DNA of 64,000 bases. It comes from Octopus sinensis. Lineage: Eukaryota. Below are positions 1-13,190 of this stretch, in pieces. Each line of letters begins with the position of its first letter. The first letter of the stretch is position 1. A program made the position numbers and the translations under genes. The notes under the pieces are model-generated. The model did no database searches and was not told the origin of the DNA. It saw only the letters and a list, made by a program, of their open reading frames with translations. The stretch lies in NCBI RefSeq assembly GCF_006345805.1, contig NC_042997.1:206026001-206090000 (forward strand), given 5' to 3'.

Positions 1-3000
1 ATAAGTACCAGTTGAGCACTGGGGTTGATGTAATTGACTTAGCCACTCTCCTGGAATTGCTGGCCTTGTGCCAAAATTTGAGACCAAAATTCCAGTGATG
101 TTTATGGTCAATAAAATAAGTACCAGTTGAGCACTGGGGTTGATGTAATTGACTTAGCCACTCTCCTGAAATTGCTGGCCTTGTGCCAAAATTTGAGACC
201 AAAATTCCAGTGATGTTTATGGTCAATAAAATAAGTACCAGTTGAGCACTGGGGTTGATGTAATTGACTTAGCCACTCTCCTGGAATTGCTGGCCTTGTG
301 CCAAAATTTGAAACCAAAATTCCAGTGATGTTTATGGTCAATAAAATAAGTACCAGTTGAGCACTGGGGTTGATGTAATTGACTTAGCCACTCTCCTGGA
401 ATTGCTGGCCTTGTGCCAAAATTTGAGACCAAAATTCCAGTGATGTTTATGGTCAATAAAATAAGTACCAGTTGAGCGCTGGGTTGATGTAATTGACTTA
501 GCCACTCTCCTGGAATTGCTGGCCTTGTGCCAAAATTTGAGACCAAAATTCCAGTTATGTTTTTGGTCAATAAAATAAGTACCAGTTGAGCACTGGGGTT
601 GATGTAATTGACTTAGCCACTCTCCTGAAATTGCTGGCCTTGTGCCAAAATTTGAGACCAAAATTCCAGTGATGTTTATGGTCAATAAAATAAGTAGCAG
701 TTGAGCACTGGGGTTGATGTAATTGACTTAGCCACTCTCCTGGAATTGCTGGCCTTGTGCCAAAATTTGAAACCAAAATTCCAGTGATGTTTATGGTCAA
801 TAAAATAAGTACCAGTTGAGCACTGGGGTTGATGTAATTGACTTAGCCACTCTCCTGAAATTGCTGGCCTTGTGCCAAAATTTGAAACCAAATTCCAGTG
901 ATGTTTATGGTCAATAAAATAAGTACCAGTTGAGCACTGGGGTTGATGTAATTGACTTAGCCACTCTCCTGAAATTGCTGGCCTTGTGCCAAAATTTGAG
1001 ACCAAAATTCCAGTGATGTTTATGGTCAATAAAATAAGTACCAGTTGAGCACTGGGGTTGATGTAATTGACTTAGCCACTCTCCTGAAATTGCTGGCCTT
1101 GTGCCAAAATTTGAGACCAAAATTCCAGTGATGTTTAAGGTCAATAAAATAAGTACCAGTTGAGCACTGGGGTTGATGTAATTGACTTAGCCACTCTCCT
1201 GGAAATGCTGGCCTTGTGCCAAAATTTGAGACCAAAATTCCAGTGATGTTTAAGGTCAATAAAATAAGTACCAGTTGAGCACTGGGGTTGATGTAATTGA
1301 CTTAGCCACTCTCCTGGAATTGCTGGCCTTGTGCCAAAATTTGAGACCAAAATTCCAGTGATGTTTATGGTCAATAAAATAAGTACCAGTTGAGCACTGG
1401 GGTTGATGTAATTGACTTAGCCACTCTCCTGAAATTGCTGGCCTTGTGCCAAAATTTGAGACCAAAATTCCAGTGATGTTTAAGGTCAATAAAATAAGTA
1501 CCAGTTGAGCACTGGGGTTGATGTAATTGACTTAGCCACTCTCCTGAATTGCTGGCCTTGTGCCAAAATTTGAACCAAAATTCCAGTGATGTTTATGGTC
1601 AATAAAATAAGTACCAGTTGAGCACTGGGGTTGATGTAATTGACTTAGCCACTCTCCTGAAATTGCTGGCCTTGTGCCAAAATTTGAGACCAAAATTCCA
1701 GTGATGTTTAGGTCAATAAAATAAGTACCAGTTGAGCACTGGGGTTGATGTAATTGACTTAGCCACTCTCCTGAATTGCTGGCCTTGTGCCAAAATTTGA
1801 GACCAAAATTCCAGTGATGTTTATGGTCAATAAAATAAGTACCAGTTGAGCACTGGGGTTGATGTAATTGACTTAGCCACTCTCCTGAAATTGCTGGCCT
1901 TGTGCCAAAATTTGAGACCAAAATTCCAGTGATGTTTATGGTCAATAAAATAAGTACCAGTTGAGCACTGGGGTTGATGTAATTGACTTAGCCACTCTCC
2001 TGGAATTGCTGGCCTTGTGCCAAATTTGAGACCAAAATTCCAGTGATGTTTAAGGTCAATAAAATAAGTACCAGTTGAGCACTGGGGTTGATGTAATTGA
2101 CTTAGCCACTCTCCTGAATTGCTGGCCTTGTGCCAAATTTGAGACCAAAATTCCAGTGATGTTTAAGGTCAATAAAATAAGTACCAGTTGAGCACTGGGG
2201 TTGATGTAATTGACTTAGCCACTCTCCTGAAATTGCTGGCCTTGTGCCAAAATTTGAGACCAAAATTCCAGTGATGTTTAAGGTCAATAAAATAAGTACC
2301 AGTTGAGCACTGGGGTTGATGTAATTGACTTAGCCACTCTCCTGAAATTGCTGGCCTTGTGCCAAAATTTGAGACCAAAATTCCAGTGATGTTTAAGGTC
2401 AATAAAATAAGTACCAGTTGAGCACTGGGGTTGATGTAATTGACTTAGCCACTCTCCTGAAATTGCTGGCCTTGTGCCAAAATTTGAGACCAAAATTCCA
2501 GTGATGTTTAAGGTCAATAAAATAAGTACCAGTTGAGCACTGGGGTTGATGTAATTGACTTAGCCACTCTCCTGGAATTGCTGGCCTTGTGCCAAAATTT
2601 GAGACCAAAATTCCAGTGATGTTTAAGGTCAATAAAATAAGTACCAGTTGAGCACTGGGGTTGATGTAATTGACTTAGCCACTCTCCTGAAATTGCTGGC
2701 CTTGTGCCAAAATTTGAGACCAAAATTCCAGTGATGTTTATGGTCAATAAAATAAGTACCAGTTGAGCACTGGGGTTGATGTAATTGACTTAGCCACTCT
2801 CCTGAAATTGCTGGCCTTGTGCCAAAATTTGAGACCAAAATTCCAGTGATGTTTATGGTCAATAAAATAAGTACCAGTTGAGCACTGGGGTTGATGTAAT
2901 TGACTTAGCCACTCTCCTGAATTGCTGGCCTTGTGCCAAAATTTGAGACCAAAATTCCAGTGATGTTTATGGTCAATAAATAAGTACCAGTTGAGCACTG

Positions 3001-6000
3001 GGGTTGATGTAATTGACTTAGCCACTCTCCTGAAATTGCTGGCCTTGTGCCAAAATTTGAGACCAAAATTCCAGTGATGTTTATGGTCAATAAAATAAGT
3101 ACCAGTTGAGCACTGGGGTTGATGTAATTGACTTAGCCACTCTCCTGGAATTGCTGGCCTTGTGCCAAAATTTGAGACCAAAATTCCAGTGATGTTTATG
3201 GTCAATAAAATAAGTACCAGTTGAGCACTGGGGTTGATGTAATTGACTTAGCCACTCTCCTGGAATTGCTGGCCTTGTGCCAAAATTTGAGACCAAAATT
3301 CCAGTGATGTTTATGGTCAATAAAATAAGTACCAGTTGAGCACTGGGGTTGATGTAATTGACTTAGCCACTCTCCTGAAATTGCTGGCCTTGTGCCAAAA
3401 TTTGAGACCAAAATTCCAGTGATGTTTATGGTCAATAAAATAAGTACCAGTTGAGCACTGGGGTTGATGTAATTGACTTAGCCACTCTCCTGGAAATTGC
3501 TGGCCTTGTGCCAAATTTGAGACCAAAATTCCAGTGATGTTTATGGTCAATAAAATAAGTACCAGTTGAGCACTGGGGTTGATGTAATTGACTTAGCCAC
3601 TCTCCTGAAATTGCTGGCCTTGTGCCAAAATTTGAGACCAAAATTCCAGTGATGTTTATGGTCAATAAAATAAGTACCAGTTGAGCACTGGGGTTGATGT
3701 AATTGACTTAGCCACTCTCCTGAAATTGCTGGCCTTGTGCCAAAATTTGAGACCAAAATTCCAGTGATGTTTATGGTCAATAAAATAAGTACCAGTTGAG
3801 CACTGGGGTTGATGTAATTGACTTAGCCACTCTCCTGAAATTGCTGGCCTTGTGCCAAAATTTGAGACCAAAATTCCAGTGATGTTTATGGTCAATAAAA
3901 TAAGTACCAGTTGAGCGCTGGGTTGATGTAATTGACTTAGCAACTCTCCTGGAATTGCTGGCCTTGTGCCAAAATTTGAGACCAAAATTCCAGTGATGTT
4001 TAAGGTCAATAAAATAAGTACCAGTTGAGCACTGGGGTTGATGTAATTGACTTAGCCACTCTCCTGGAATTGCTGGCCTTGTGCCAAAATTTGAAACCAA
4101 AATTCCAGTGATGTTTATGGTCAATAAAATAAGTACCAGTTGAGCACTGGGGTTGATGTAATTGACTTAGCCACTCTCCTGAAATTGCTGGCCTTGTGCC
4201 AAAATTTGAAACCAAAATTCCAGTGATGTTTATGGTCAATAAAATAAGTACCAGTTGAGCACTGGGGTTGATGTAATTGACTTAGCCACTCTCCTGAAAT
4301 TGCTGGCCTTGTGCCAAAATTTGAAACCAAAATTCCAGTGATGTTTATGGTCAATAAAATAAGTACCAGTTGAGCACTGGGGTTGATGTAATTGACTTAG
4401 CCACTCTCCTGAAATTGCTGGCCTTGTGCCAAAATTTGAAACCAAAATTCCAGTGATGTTTATGGTCAATAAAATAAGTACCAGTTGAGCACTGGGGTTG
4501 ATGTAATTGACTTAGCCACTTTCCTGAAATTGCTGGCCTTGTGCCAAAATTTGAAACCAAAATTCCAGTGATGTTTATGGTCAATAAAATAAGTAGCAGT
4601 TGAGCACTGGGGTTGATGTAATTGACTTAGCCACTTTCCTGAAATTGCTGGCCTTGTGCCAAAATTTGAGACCAAAATTCCAGTGATGTTTATGGTCAAT
4701 AAAATAAGTAGCAGTTGAGCACTGGGGTTGATGTAATTGACTTAGCCACTCTCCTGGAATTGCTGGCCTTGTGCCAAAATTTGAAGCCAAAATTCCAGTG
4801 ATGTTTATGGTCAATAAAATAAGTACCAGTTGAGCACTGGGGTTGATGTAATTGACTTAGCCACTCTCCTGAATTGCTGGCCTTGTGCCAAATTTGAAAC
4901 CAAAATTCCAGTGATGTTTATGGTCAATAAAATAAGTACCAGTTGAGCACTGGGGTTGATGTAATTGACTTAGCCACTTTCCTGAAATTGCTGGCCTTGT
5001 GCCAAAATTTGAAACCAAAATTCCAGTGATGTTTATGGTCAATAAAATAAGTACCAGTTGAGCACTGGGGTTGATGTAATTGACTTAGCCACTCTCCTGA
5101 AATTGCTGGCCTTGTGCCAAAATTTGAGACCAAAATTCCAGTGATGTTTATGGTCAATAAAATAAGTACCAGTTGAGCACTGGGGTTGATGTAATTGACT
5201 TAGCCACTCTCCTGGAATTGCTGGCCTTGTGCCAAAATTTGAGACCAAAATTCCAGTGATGTTTATGGTCAATAAAATAAGTACCAGTTGAGCGCTGGGT
5301 TGATGTAATTGACTTAGCCACTCTCCTGAAATTGCTGGCCTTGTGCCAAAATTTGAGACCAAAATTCCAGTGATGTTTATGGTCAATAAAATAAGTACCA
5401 GTTGAGCACTGGGGTTGATGTAATTGACTTAGCCACTCTCCTGAAATTGCTGGCCTTGTGCCAAAATTTGAGACCAAAATTCCAGTGATGTTTAGGTCAA
5501 TAAAATAAGTACCAGTTGAGCACTGGGGTTGATGTAATTGACTTAGCCACTCTCCTGAAATTGCTGGCCTTGTGCCAAAATTTGAGACCAAAATTCCAGT
5601 GATGTTTATGGTCAATAAAATAAGTACCAGTTGAGCACTGGGGTTGATGTAATTGACTTAGCCACTCTCCTGGAATTGCTGGCCTTGTGCCAAAATTTGA
5701 GACCAAAATTCCAGTGATGTTTAAGGTCAATAAAATAAGTACCAGTTGAGCACTGGGGTTGATGTAATTGACTTAGCCACTCTCCTGAAATTGCTGGCCT
5801 TGTGCCAAAATTTGAGACCAAAATTCCAGTGATGTTTAAGGTCAATAAAATAAGTACCAGTTGAGCACTGGGGTTGATGTAATTGACTTAGCCACTCTCC
5901 TGAAATTGCTGGCCTTGTGCCAAAATTTGAGACCAAAATTCCAGTGATGTTTAAGGTCAATAAAATAAGTACCAGTTGAGCACTGGGGTTGATGTAATTG

Positions 6001-9000
6001 ACTTAGCCACTCTCCTGAAATTGCTGGCCTTGTGTCAAAATTTGAAACCAAAATTACAGTGATGTTTATGGTCAATAAAATAAGTACCAGTTGTGCACTG
6101 TGGTTGATGTAATTAACTTAGATACTCTCCTGAAATTGCTGGCCTTGTGCCAAAATTTGAAACCAAAATTCCAGTGATGTTTATGGTCAATAAAATAAGT
6201 ACCAGTTGAGCACTGGGGTTGATGTAATTGACTTAGCCACTCTCCTGAAATTGCTGGCCTTGTGCCAAAATTTGAGACCAAAATTCCAGTGATGTTTATG
6301 GTCAATAAAATAAGTACCAGTTGAGCACTGGGGTTGATGTAATTGACTTAGCCACTCTCCTGAAATTGCTGGCCTTGTGCCAAAATTTGAGACCAAAATT
6401 CCAGTGATGTTTATGGTCAATAAAATAAGTACCAGTTGAGCACTGGGGTTGATGTAATTGACTTAGCCACTCTCCTGAATTGCTGGCCTTGTGCCAAAAT
6501 TTGAGACCAAAATTCCAGTGATGTTTATGGTCAATAAAATAAGTACCAGTTGAGCACTGGGGTTGATGTAATTGACTTAGCCACTCTCCTGGAAATTGCT
6601 GGCCTTGTGCCAAAATTTGAGACCAAAATTCCAGTGATGTTTATGGTCAATAAAATAAGTACCAGTTGAGCACTGGGGTTGATGTAATTGACTTAGCCAC
6701 TCTCCTGGAATTGCTGGCCTTGTGCCAAAATTTGAGACCAAAATTCCAGTGATGTTTATGGTCAATAAAATAAGTACCAGTTGAGCGCTGGGGTTGATGT
6801 AATTGACTTAGCCACTCTCCTGAAATTGCTGGCCTTGTGCCAAAATTTGAGACCAAAATTCCAGTGATGTTTATGGTCAATAAAATAAGTACCAGTTGAG
6901 CACTGGGGTTGATGTAATTGACTTAGCCACTCTCCTGAAATTGCTGGCCTTGTGCCAAAATTTGAGACCAAAATTCCAGTGATGTTTATGGTCAATAAAA
7001 TAAGTACCAGTTGAGCACTGGGGTTGATGTAATTGACTTAGCCACTCTCCTGAAATTGCTGGCCTTGTGCCAAAATTTGAACCAAAATTCCAGTGATGTT
7101 TATGGTCAATAAAATAAGTACCAGTTGAGCACTGGGGTTGATGTAATTGACTTAGCCACTCTCCTGGAATTGCTGGCCTTGTGCCAAAATTTGAAACCAA
7201 AATTCCAGTGATGTTTATGGTCAATAAAATAAGTACCAGTTGAGCACTGGGGTTGATGTAATTGACTTAGCCACTCTCCTGAAATTGCTGGCCTTGTGCC
7301 AAAATTTGAAACCAAAATTCCAGTGATGTTTATGGTCAATAAAATAAGTACCAGTTGAGCACTGGGGTTGATGTAATTGACTTAGCCACTCTCCCGAAAT
7401 TGCTGGTCTTGTGCCAAAATTTGAAACCAAAATTCCAGTGATGTTTAAGGTCAATAAAATAAGTACCAGTTGAGCACTGGGGTTGATGTAATTGACTTAG
7501 CCACTCTCCTGAAATTGCTGGCCTTGTGCCAAAATTTGAAACCAAAATTACAGTGATGTTTATGGTCAATAAAATAAGTACCAGTTGAGCACTGGGGTTG
7601 ATGTAATTGACTTAGCCACTCTCCCGAAATTGCTGGCCTTGTGCCAAAATTTGAAACCAAAATTCCAGTGATGTTTATGGTCAATAAAATAAGTACCAGT
7701 TGAGCACTGGGGTTGATGTAATTGACTTAGCCACTCTCCTGAAATTGCTGGCCTTGTGCCAAAATTAGAAACCAAAATCTCAGTGATGTTCATGGTCAAT
7801 AAAATAAGTACCAGTTGAGCACTGGGGTTGATGTAATTGACTTAGCCACTCTCCGGAAATGCTGGCCTTCTGCCAAAATTTAAAACCAAAATCTCAGTGA
7901 TGTTTATGTTCAATAAAATAAGTACCAGTTGAGCACTGGGGTTGATGTAATTGACTTAGCCACTCTCCTGAAATTGCTGGCCTTGTGCCAAAATTTGAAA
8001 CCAAAATTCCAGTGATGTTTATGGTCAATAAAATAAGTAGCAGTTGAGCACTGGGGTTGATGTAATTGACTTAGCCACTCTCCTGGAATTGCTGGCCTTG
8101 TGCCAAAATTTGAAACCAAAATTCCAGTGATGTTTATGGTCAATAAAATAAGTAGCAGTTGAGCACTGGGGTTGATGTAATTGACTTAGCCACTCTCCTG
8201 AAATTGCTGGCCTTGTGCCAAAATTTGAGACCAAAATTCCAGTGATGTTTAAGGTCAATAAAATAAGTACCAGTTGAGCACTGGGGTTGATGTAATTGAC
8301 TTAGCCACTCTCCTGGAAATTGCTGGCCTTGTGCCAAAATTTGAACCAAAATTCCAGTGATGTTTATGGTCAATAAAATAAGTACCAGTTGAGCACTGGG
8401 GTTGATGTAATTGACTTAGCCACTCTCCTGGAATTGCTGGCCTTGTGCCAAAATTTGAACCAAAATTCCAGTGATGTTTATGGTCAATAAAATAAGTACC
8501 AGTTGAGCACTGGGGTTGATGTAATTGACTTAGCCACTCTCCTGAATTGCTGGCCTTGTGCCAAAATTTGAGACCAAAATTCCAGTGATGTTTATGGTCA
8601 ATAAAATAAGTACCAGTTGAGCACTGGGGTTGATGTAATTGACTTAGCCACTCTCCTGGAATTGCTGGCCTTGTGCCAAAATTTGAGACCAAAATTCCAG
8701 TGATGTTTATGGTCAATAAAATAAGTACCAGTTGAGCACTGGGGTTGATGTAATTGACTTAGCCACTCTCCTGAAATTGCTGGCCTTGTGCCAAAATTTG
8801 AAACCAAAATTCCAGTGATGTTTATGGTCAATAAAATAAGTACCAGTTGAGCACTGGGGTTGATGTAATTGACTTAGCCACTCTCCTGAAATTGCTGGCC
8901 TTGTGCCAAAATTTGAAACCAAAATTCCAGTGATGTTTATGGTCAATAAAATAAGTACCAGTTGAGCACTGGGGTTGATGTAATTGACTTAGCCACTCTC

Positions 9001-11081
9001 CTGAAATTGCTGGCCTTGTGCCAAAATTTGAGACCAAAATTCCAGTGATGTTTATGGTCAATAAAATAAGTACCAGTTGAGCACTGGGTTGATGTAATTG
9101 ACTTAGCCACTCTCCTGAAATTGCTGGCCTTGTGCCAAAATTTGAGACCAAAATTCCAGTGATGTTTATGGTCAATAAAATAAGTACCAGTTGAGCACTG
9201 GGGTTGATGTAATTGACTTAGCCACTCTCCTGAAATTGCTGGCCTTGTGCCAAAATTTGAGACCAAAATTCCAGTGATGTTTATGGTCAATAAAATAAGT
9301 ACCAGTTGAGCACTGGGGTTGATGTAATTGACTTAGCCACTCTCCTGAAATTGCTGGCCTTGTGCCAAAATTTGAGACCAAAATTCCAGTGATGTTTATG
9401 GTCAATAAAATAAGTACCAGTTGAGCACTGGGGTTGATGTAATTGACTTAGCCACTCTCCTGAAATTGCTGGCCTTGTGCCAAAATTTGAGACCAAAATT
9501 CCAGTGATGTTTATGGTCAATAAAATAAGTACCAGTTGAGCACTGGGGTTGATGTAATTGACTTAGCCACTCTCCTGAAATTGCTGGCCTTGTGCCAAAA
9601 TTTGAGACCAAAATTCCAGTGATGTTTAAGGTCAATAAAATAAGTACCAGTTGAGCACTGGGGTTGATGTAATTGACTTAGCCACTCTCCTGAAATTGCT
9701 GGCCTTGTGCCAAAATTTGAGACCAAAATTCCAGTGATGTTTAGGTCAATAAAATAAGTACCAGTTGAGCACTGGGGTTGATGTAATTGACTTAGCCACT
9801 CTCCTGAAATTGCTGGCCTTGTGCCAAAATTTGAGACCAAAATTCCAGTGATGTTTAAGGTCAATAAAATAAGTACCAGTTGAGCACTGGGGTTGATGTA
9901 ATTGACTTAGCCACTCTCCTGAAATTGCTGGCCTTGTGCCAAAATTTGAGACCAAAATTCCAGTGATGTTTATGGTCAATAAAATAAGTACCAGTTGAGC
10001 ACTGGGGTTGATGTAATTGACTTAGCCACTCTCCTGAAATTGCTGGCCTTGTGCCAAAATTTGAAACCAAAATTCCAGTGATGTTTATGGTCAATAAAAT
10101 AAGTACCAGTTGAGCACTGGGGTTGATGTAATTGACTTAGCCACTCTCCTGAAATTGCTGGCCTTGTGCCAAAATTTGAAACCAAAATTCCAGTGATGTT
10201 TATGGTCAATAAAATAAGTACCAGTTGAGCACTGGGGTTGATGTAATTGACTTAGCCACTCTCCTGGAATTGCTGGCCTTGTGCCAAAATTTGAAACCAA
10301 AATTCCAGTGATGTTTATGGTCAATAAAATAAGTACCAGTTGAGCACTGGGGTTGATGTAATTGACTTAGCCACTCTCCTGGAATTGCTGGCCTTGTGCC
10401 AAAATTTGAAACCAAAATTCCAGTGATGTTTATGGTCAATAAAATAAGTACCAGTTGAGCACTGGGGTTGATGTAATTGACTTAGCCACTCTCCTGGAAT
10501 TGCTGGCCTTGTGCCAAAATTTGAAACCAAAATTCCAGTGATGTTTATGGTCAATAAAATAAGTACCAGTTGAGCACTGGGGTTGATGTAATTGACTTAG
10601 CCACTCTCCTGAATTGCTGGCCTTGTGCCAAAATTTGAACCAAAATTCCAGTGATGTTTATGGTCAATAAAATAAGTACCAGTTGAGCACTGGGGTTGAT
10701 GTAATTGACTTAGCCACTCTCCTGAAATTGCTGGCCTTGTGCCAAAATTTGAGACCAAAATTCCAGTGATGTTTAAGGTCAATAAAATAAGTACCAGTTG
10801 AGCACTGGGGTTGATGTAATTGACTTAGCCACTCTCCTGAAATTGCTGGCCTTGTGCCAAAATTTGAAACCAAAATTCCAGTGATGTTTATGGTCAATAA
10901 AATAAGTACCAGTTGAGCACTGGGGTTGATGTAATTGACTTAGCCACTCTCCTGAAATTGCTGGCCTTGTGCCAAAATTTGAAACCAAATTCAGTGATCA
11001 ATAAAATAAGTACCAGTTGACTGTTTCTTAGTATCTCCTGAAATTGCTGGCCTTGTGCCAAAATTTGAATTCCAGTGATGA
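1..11081. repeat. 115-bp tandem satellite array, about 96 units, continuing upstream of the window
   Basis: Unit ATAAGTACCAGTTGAGCACTGGGGTTGATGTAATTGACTTAGCCACTCTCCTG(G/A)AATTGCTGGCCTTGTGCCAAAATTTGA(G/A)ACCAAAATTCCAGTGATGTTTA(T/A)GGTCAATAAA repeats head-to-tail, with occasional 114/116-bp units from homopolymer indels. The last units (~10985-11081) are eroded. Confidence 0.99.
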
Positions 11082-11261
11082 TAGTGTTTACTTTGTATCA
11101 GTTAAATATTGATTATATTTTTCTGTTTGCTAATTTATTATAATAATAATATATAACTTAGTCTTGAAATACTTTTCTGTATTTACCCACTGAACTCCCC
11201 AGTTCACCCCTAATTCCTCACTAATGAAATGATTTTATCTTTTTACTTTTTCATAATTTAG

Positions 11262-12792
11262 TTGTGCTGAACGTTTGTAGAATGCCACATCAATTGGAAC
11301 ATGTGAAGTTAGATGTTCAACCATTCTGGAAACCACCTGAAGAAAATATCATTTCAAAACAGCAAGTCCATGACTATTCACTACCTACCAAGTTCCATCT
11401 GAATTTTTTAAAGAAACATAGAACTGAAGTTAATGACAAATTAAAGACTTTGGGCGAAGTTCTTTGGAAAGATTCCAAGATTAATACACTGAGATTTAAA
11501 TATTCTGAAGGAAATTTTGAGGAAATTGAACAGCGTTTGAAAGATTTATTAAATTCCATTACTGTTGAAACTATTGATGTTCCAGATGATATCTTTGAAG
11601 ACGTTGTTGGAACATTTAACAATGAAGATGACCGGATGTATTTTTATTTTGATAACCGATATCATGAAGCTCATATTCTCGGATTCGATAAAAGTGACGT
11701 GATTAAAAGGAAAAAGAGACTTTTGGATAATCTTAGAACTGAACGTGAGGATGATTTAAATATTCATGAAAGACGTATTCTATCTGGTCTCGGATTTTTT
11801 GAGGCAGGCAGAAGGACAATTTGAAGGTCTAAAAGTCACAGTTCATAGTAACAAAGTTGTTTTTGAAGGCCAGTTTTCCGAAATAGATATTGTCAAAAGA
11901 AAATGTATAAAATTCTTAAGTCAATTGTTAAATCTGAATTGTGTTTGCCTTTAAATACTGGAATGATCATAAATAAAAAACCAGTGAAAGAATATCTTGA
12001 TGTAAAACTGAGAAACAAGAAATGTATCGGTTCATGGGAAACGGGTGATGGTGATTCAGTAATACTTTATGCAAGTGATAAAACACATCTTTCACTTTTG
12101 GAAGAAATTATGAAAGAAATTTTTGTTGCCAATACACTGGATTTTGTGGACAAAATTAAGGATACTCCAAATCATAGAAAGTGGCTGACATTTGTTGAAA
12201 GTCTAAAAGAAGAGTTTCCAGATTCCCATTTTATTGGAGAAAATTCTATTGTTGCTCTTGATGTTGTAGTTAATGATATAAAAAGCAAAATTTATAACTT
12301 TAAGCAATCTTTAATTTACGAATCTTATATATCGATTAATCTTGCACATTTCCTCTTTCTTAAAGAGTTCAAAGAACAGGAAATCAATGACTTTAGTGAG
12401 AAAAATAAAATAAGAATGTGTGTCTCAAAGATAATAAGTTACACTGGAAGGAACACAAGAGCAAATTAGGAAAATGGAAATATTTATAGAAAACTTAAGA
12501 AAAGATATCAGCTCAAAAGAAGAAAACTTCAAAATGTTTGGATTTCAAGAATTTCTGAAAAGTGGAGAAGGAAACACTTTCTTGTGTGAAATGCAGAAGA
12601 AATCTGAGAGCATAATATTAAATTCAAATTTAGGAAGTGAAACAGAAGAAATACTTAATTTTGTGTATAAGAACTGTGAAATAGTGTTGAAGGAAGGTGA
12701 CATTACGACTCTGGACACAGATGCTATTGTTAATGCTGCAAATGGCAGACTGGATCATATTGATGGGGTTGCAGCAGCCATTGTGAAGAAAG
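11262..12792 (+). CDS. PARP14: Large exon of a PARP14-like macro-PARP (RRM end, KH-like region, start of macrodomain 1), interrupted by three frameshifts
   Basis: Polypyrimidine tract and acceptor AG at 11260-11261; donor G|GTTAGT at 12792/12793. Reading frames 11264-~11797, ~11799-11902, 11903-~12430 and ~12438-12792 join into one protein ending IVLKEGDITTLDTDAIVNAANGRLDHIDGVAAAIVKKG (macrodomain NAAN motif). RRM-KH-macro order matches PARP14; one-to-one orthology is not shown. Confidence 0.85.
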
Positions 12793-12837
12793 GTTAGTAA
12801 TACCATTTTTTATAGTTAATGTTTCTTTTTAGATCCA

Positions 12838-13190
12838 AGTGTGGTTGAGAAGCTTGCTTCCTGATCATGTGGTTTCAGGTTCAATTCCACTCACAGCATT
12901 TTGGACAAGTGTCTTCTGTTATAGGTCAATGGTTGGCCAAAGCCTTGGGAGTGGATTTCGTTGATAGAAACTGAAAGAAGCTCATCGTGTATACATGCAT
13001 ACATATATATATGTGTGTGTGTGTGTGAGGGTGAGTAGCCAGGTGTTCACAGCACACGATGGTTGTAAATGAACATCACCATCACACAAGTGATGTTGTG
13101 TCATTTTCGGTCTTCCATGAAAAACGTGTCTGACCATGGGGGAGTATTCCCTCATTTGGAAACATGTGGCAATTGGCTACAGGAAGGACG
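12838..13190 (+). mobile_element. tRNA-derived SINE with internal (TA/TG)n
   Basis: A-box-like GTGTGGTT and B-box-like GGTTCAATTCC, then CORE-like TTGGACAAGTGTCTTC and GAAACTGAAAGAAG. Head shared with copies at 14726, 32668, 45060 and 62034. Confidence 0.8.

Noticed and set aside
1-11081. CRISPR array, or about 90 short minus-strand ORFs (MTINITG...)
   Set aside because: Units are contiguous near-identical 115-mers with no unique spacers and no cas genes. The ORFs arise because the 115-bp period cycles through frames, and they change with single-base indels.
1-11081. Hammerhead-containing retrozyme-type tandem array
   Set aside because: No CUGANGA box on either strand of the consensus unit.
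12838-12910. tRNA genes at the SINE heads (also ~15120-15190, ~32670-32740, ~62320-62385)
   Set aside because: Only A/B-box-like remnants fused to SINE bodies; no full cloverleaf.
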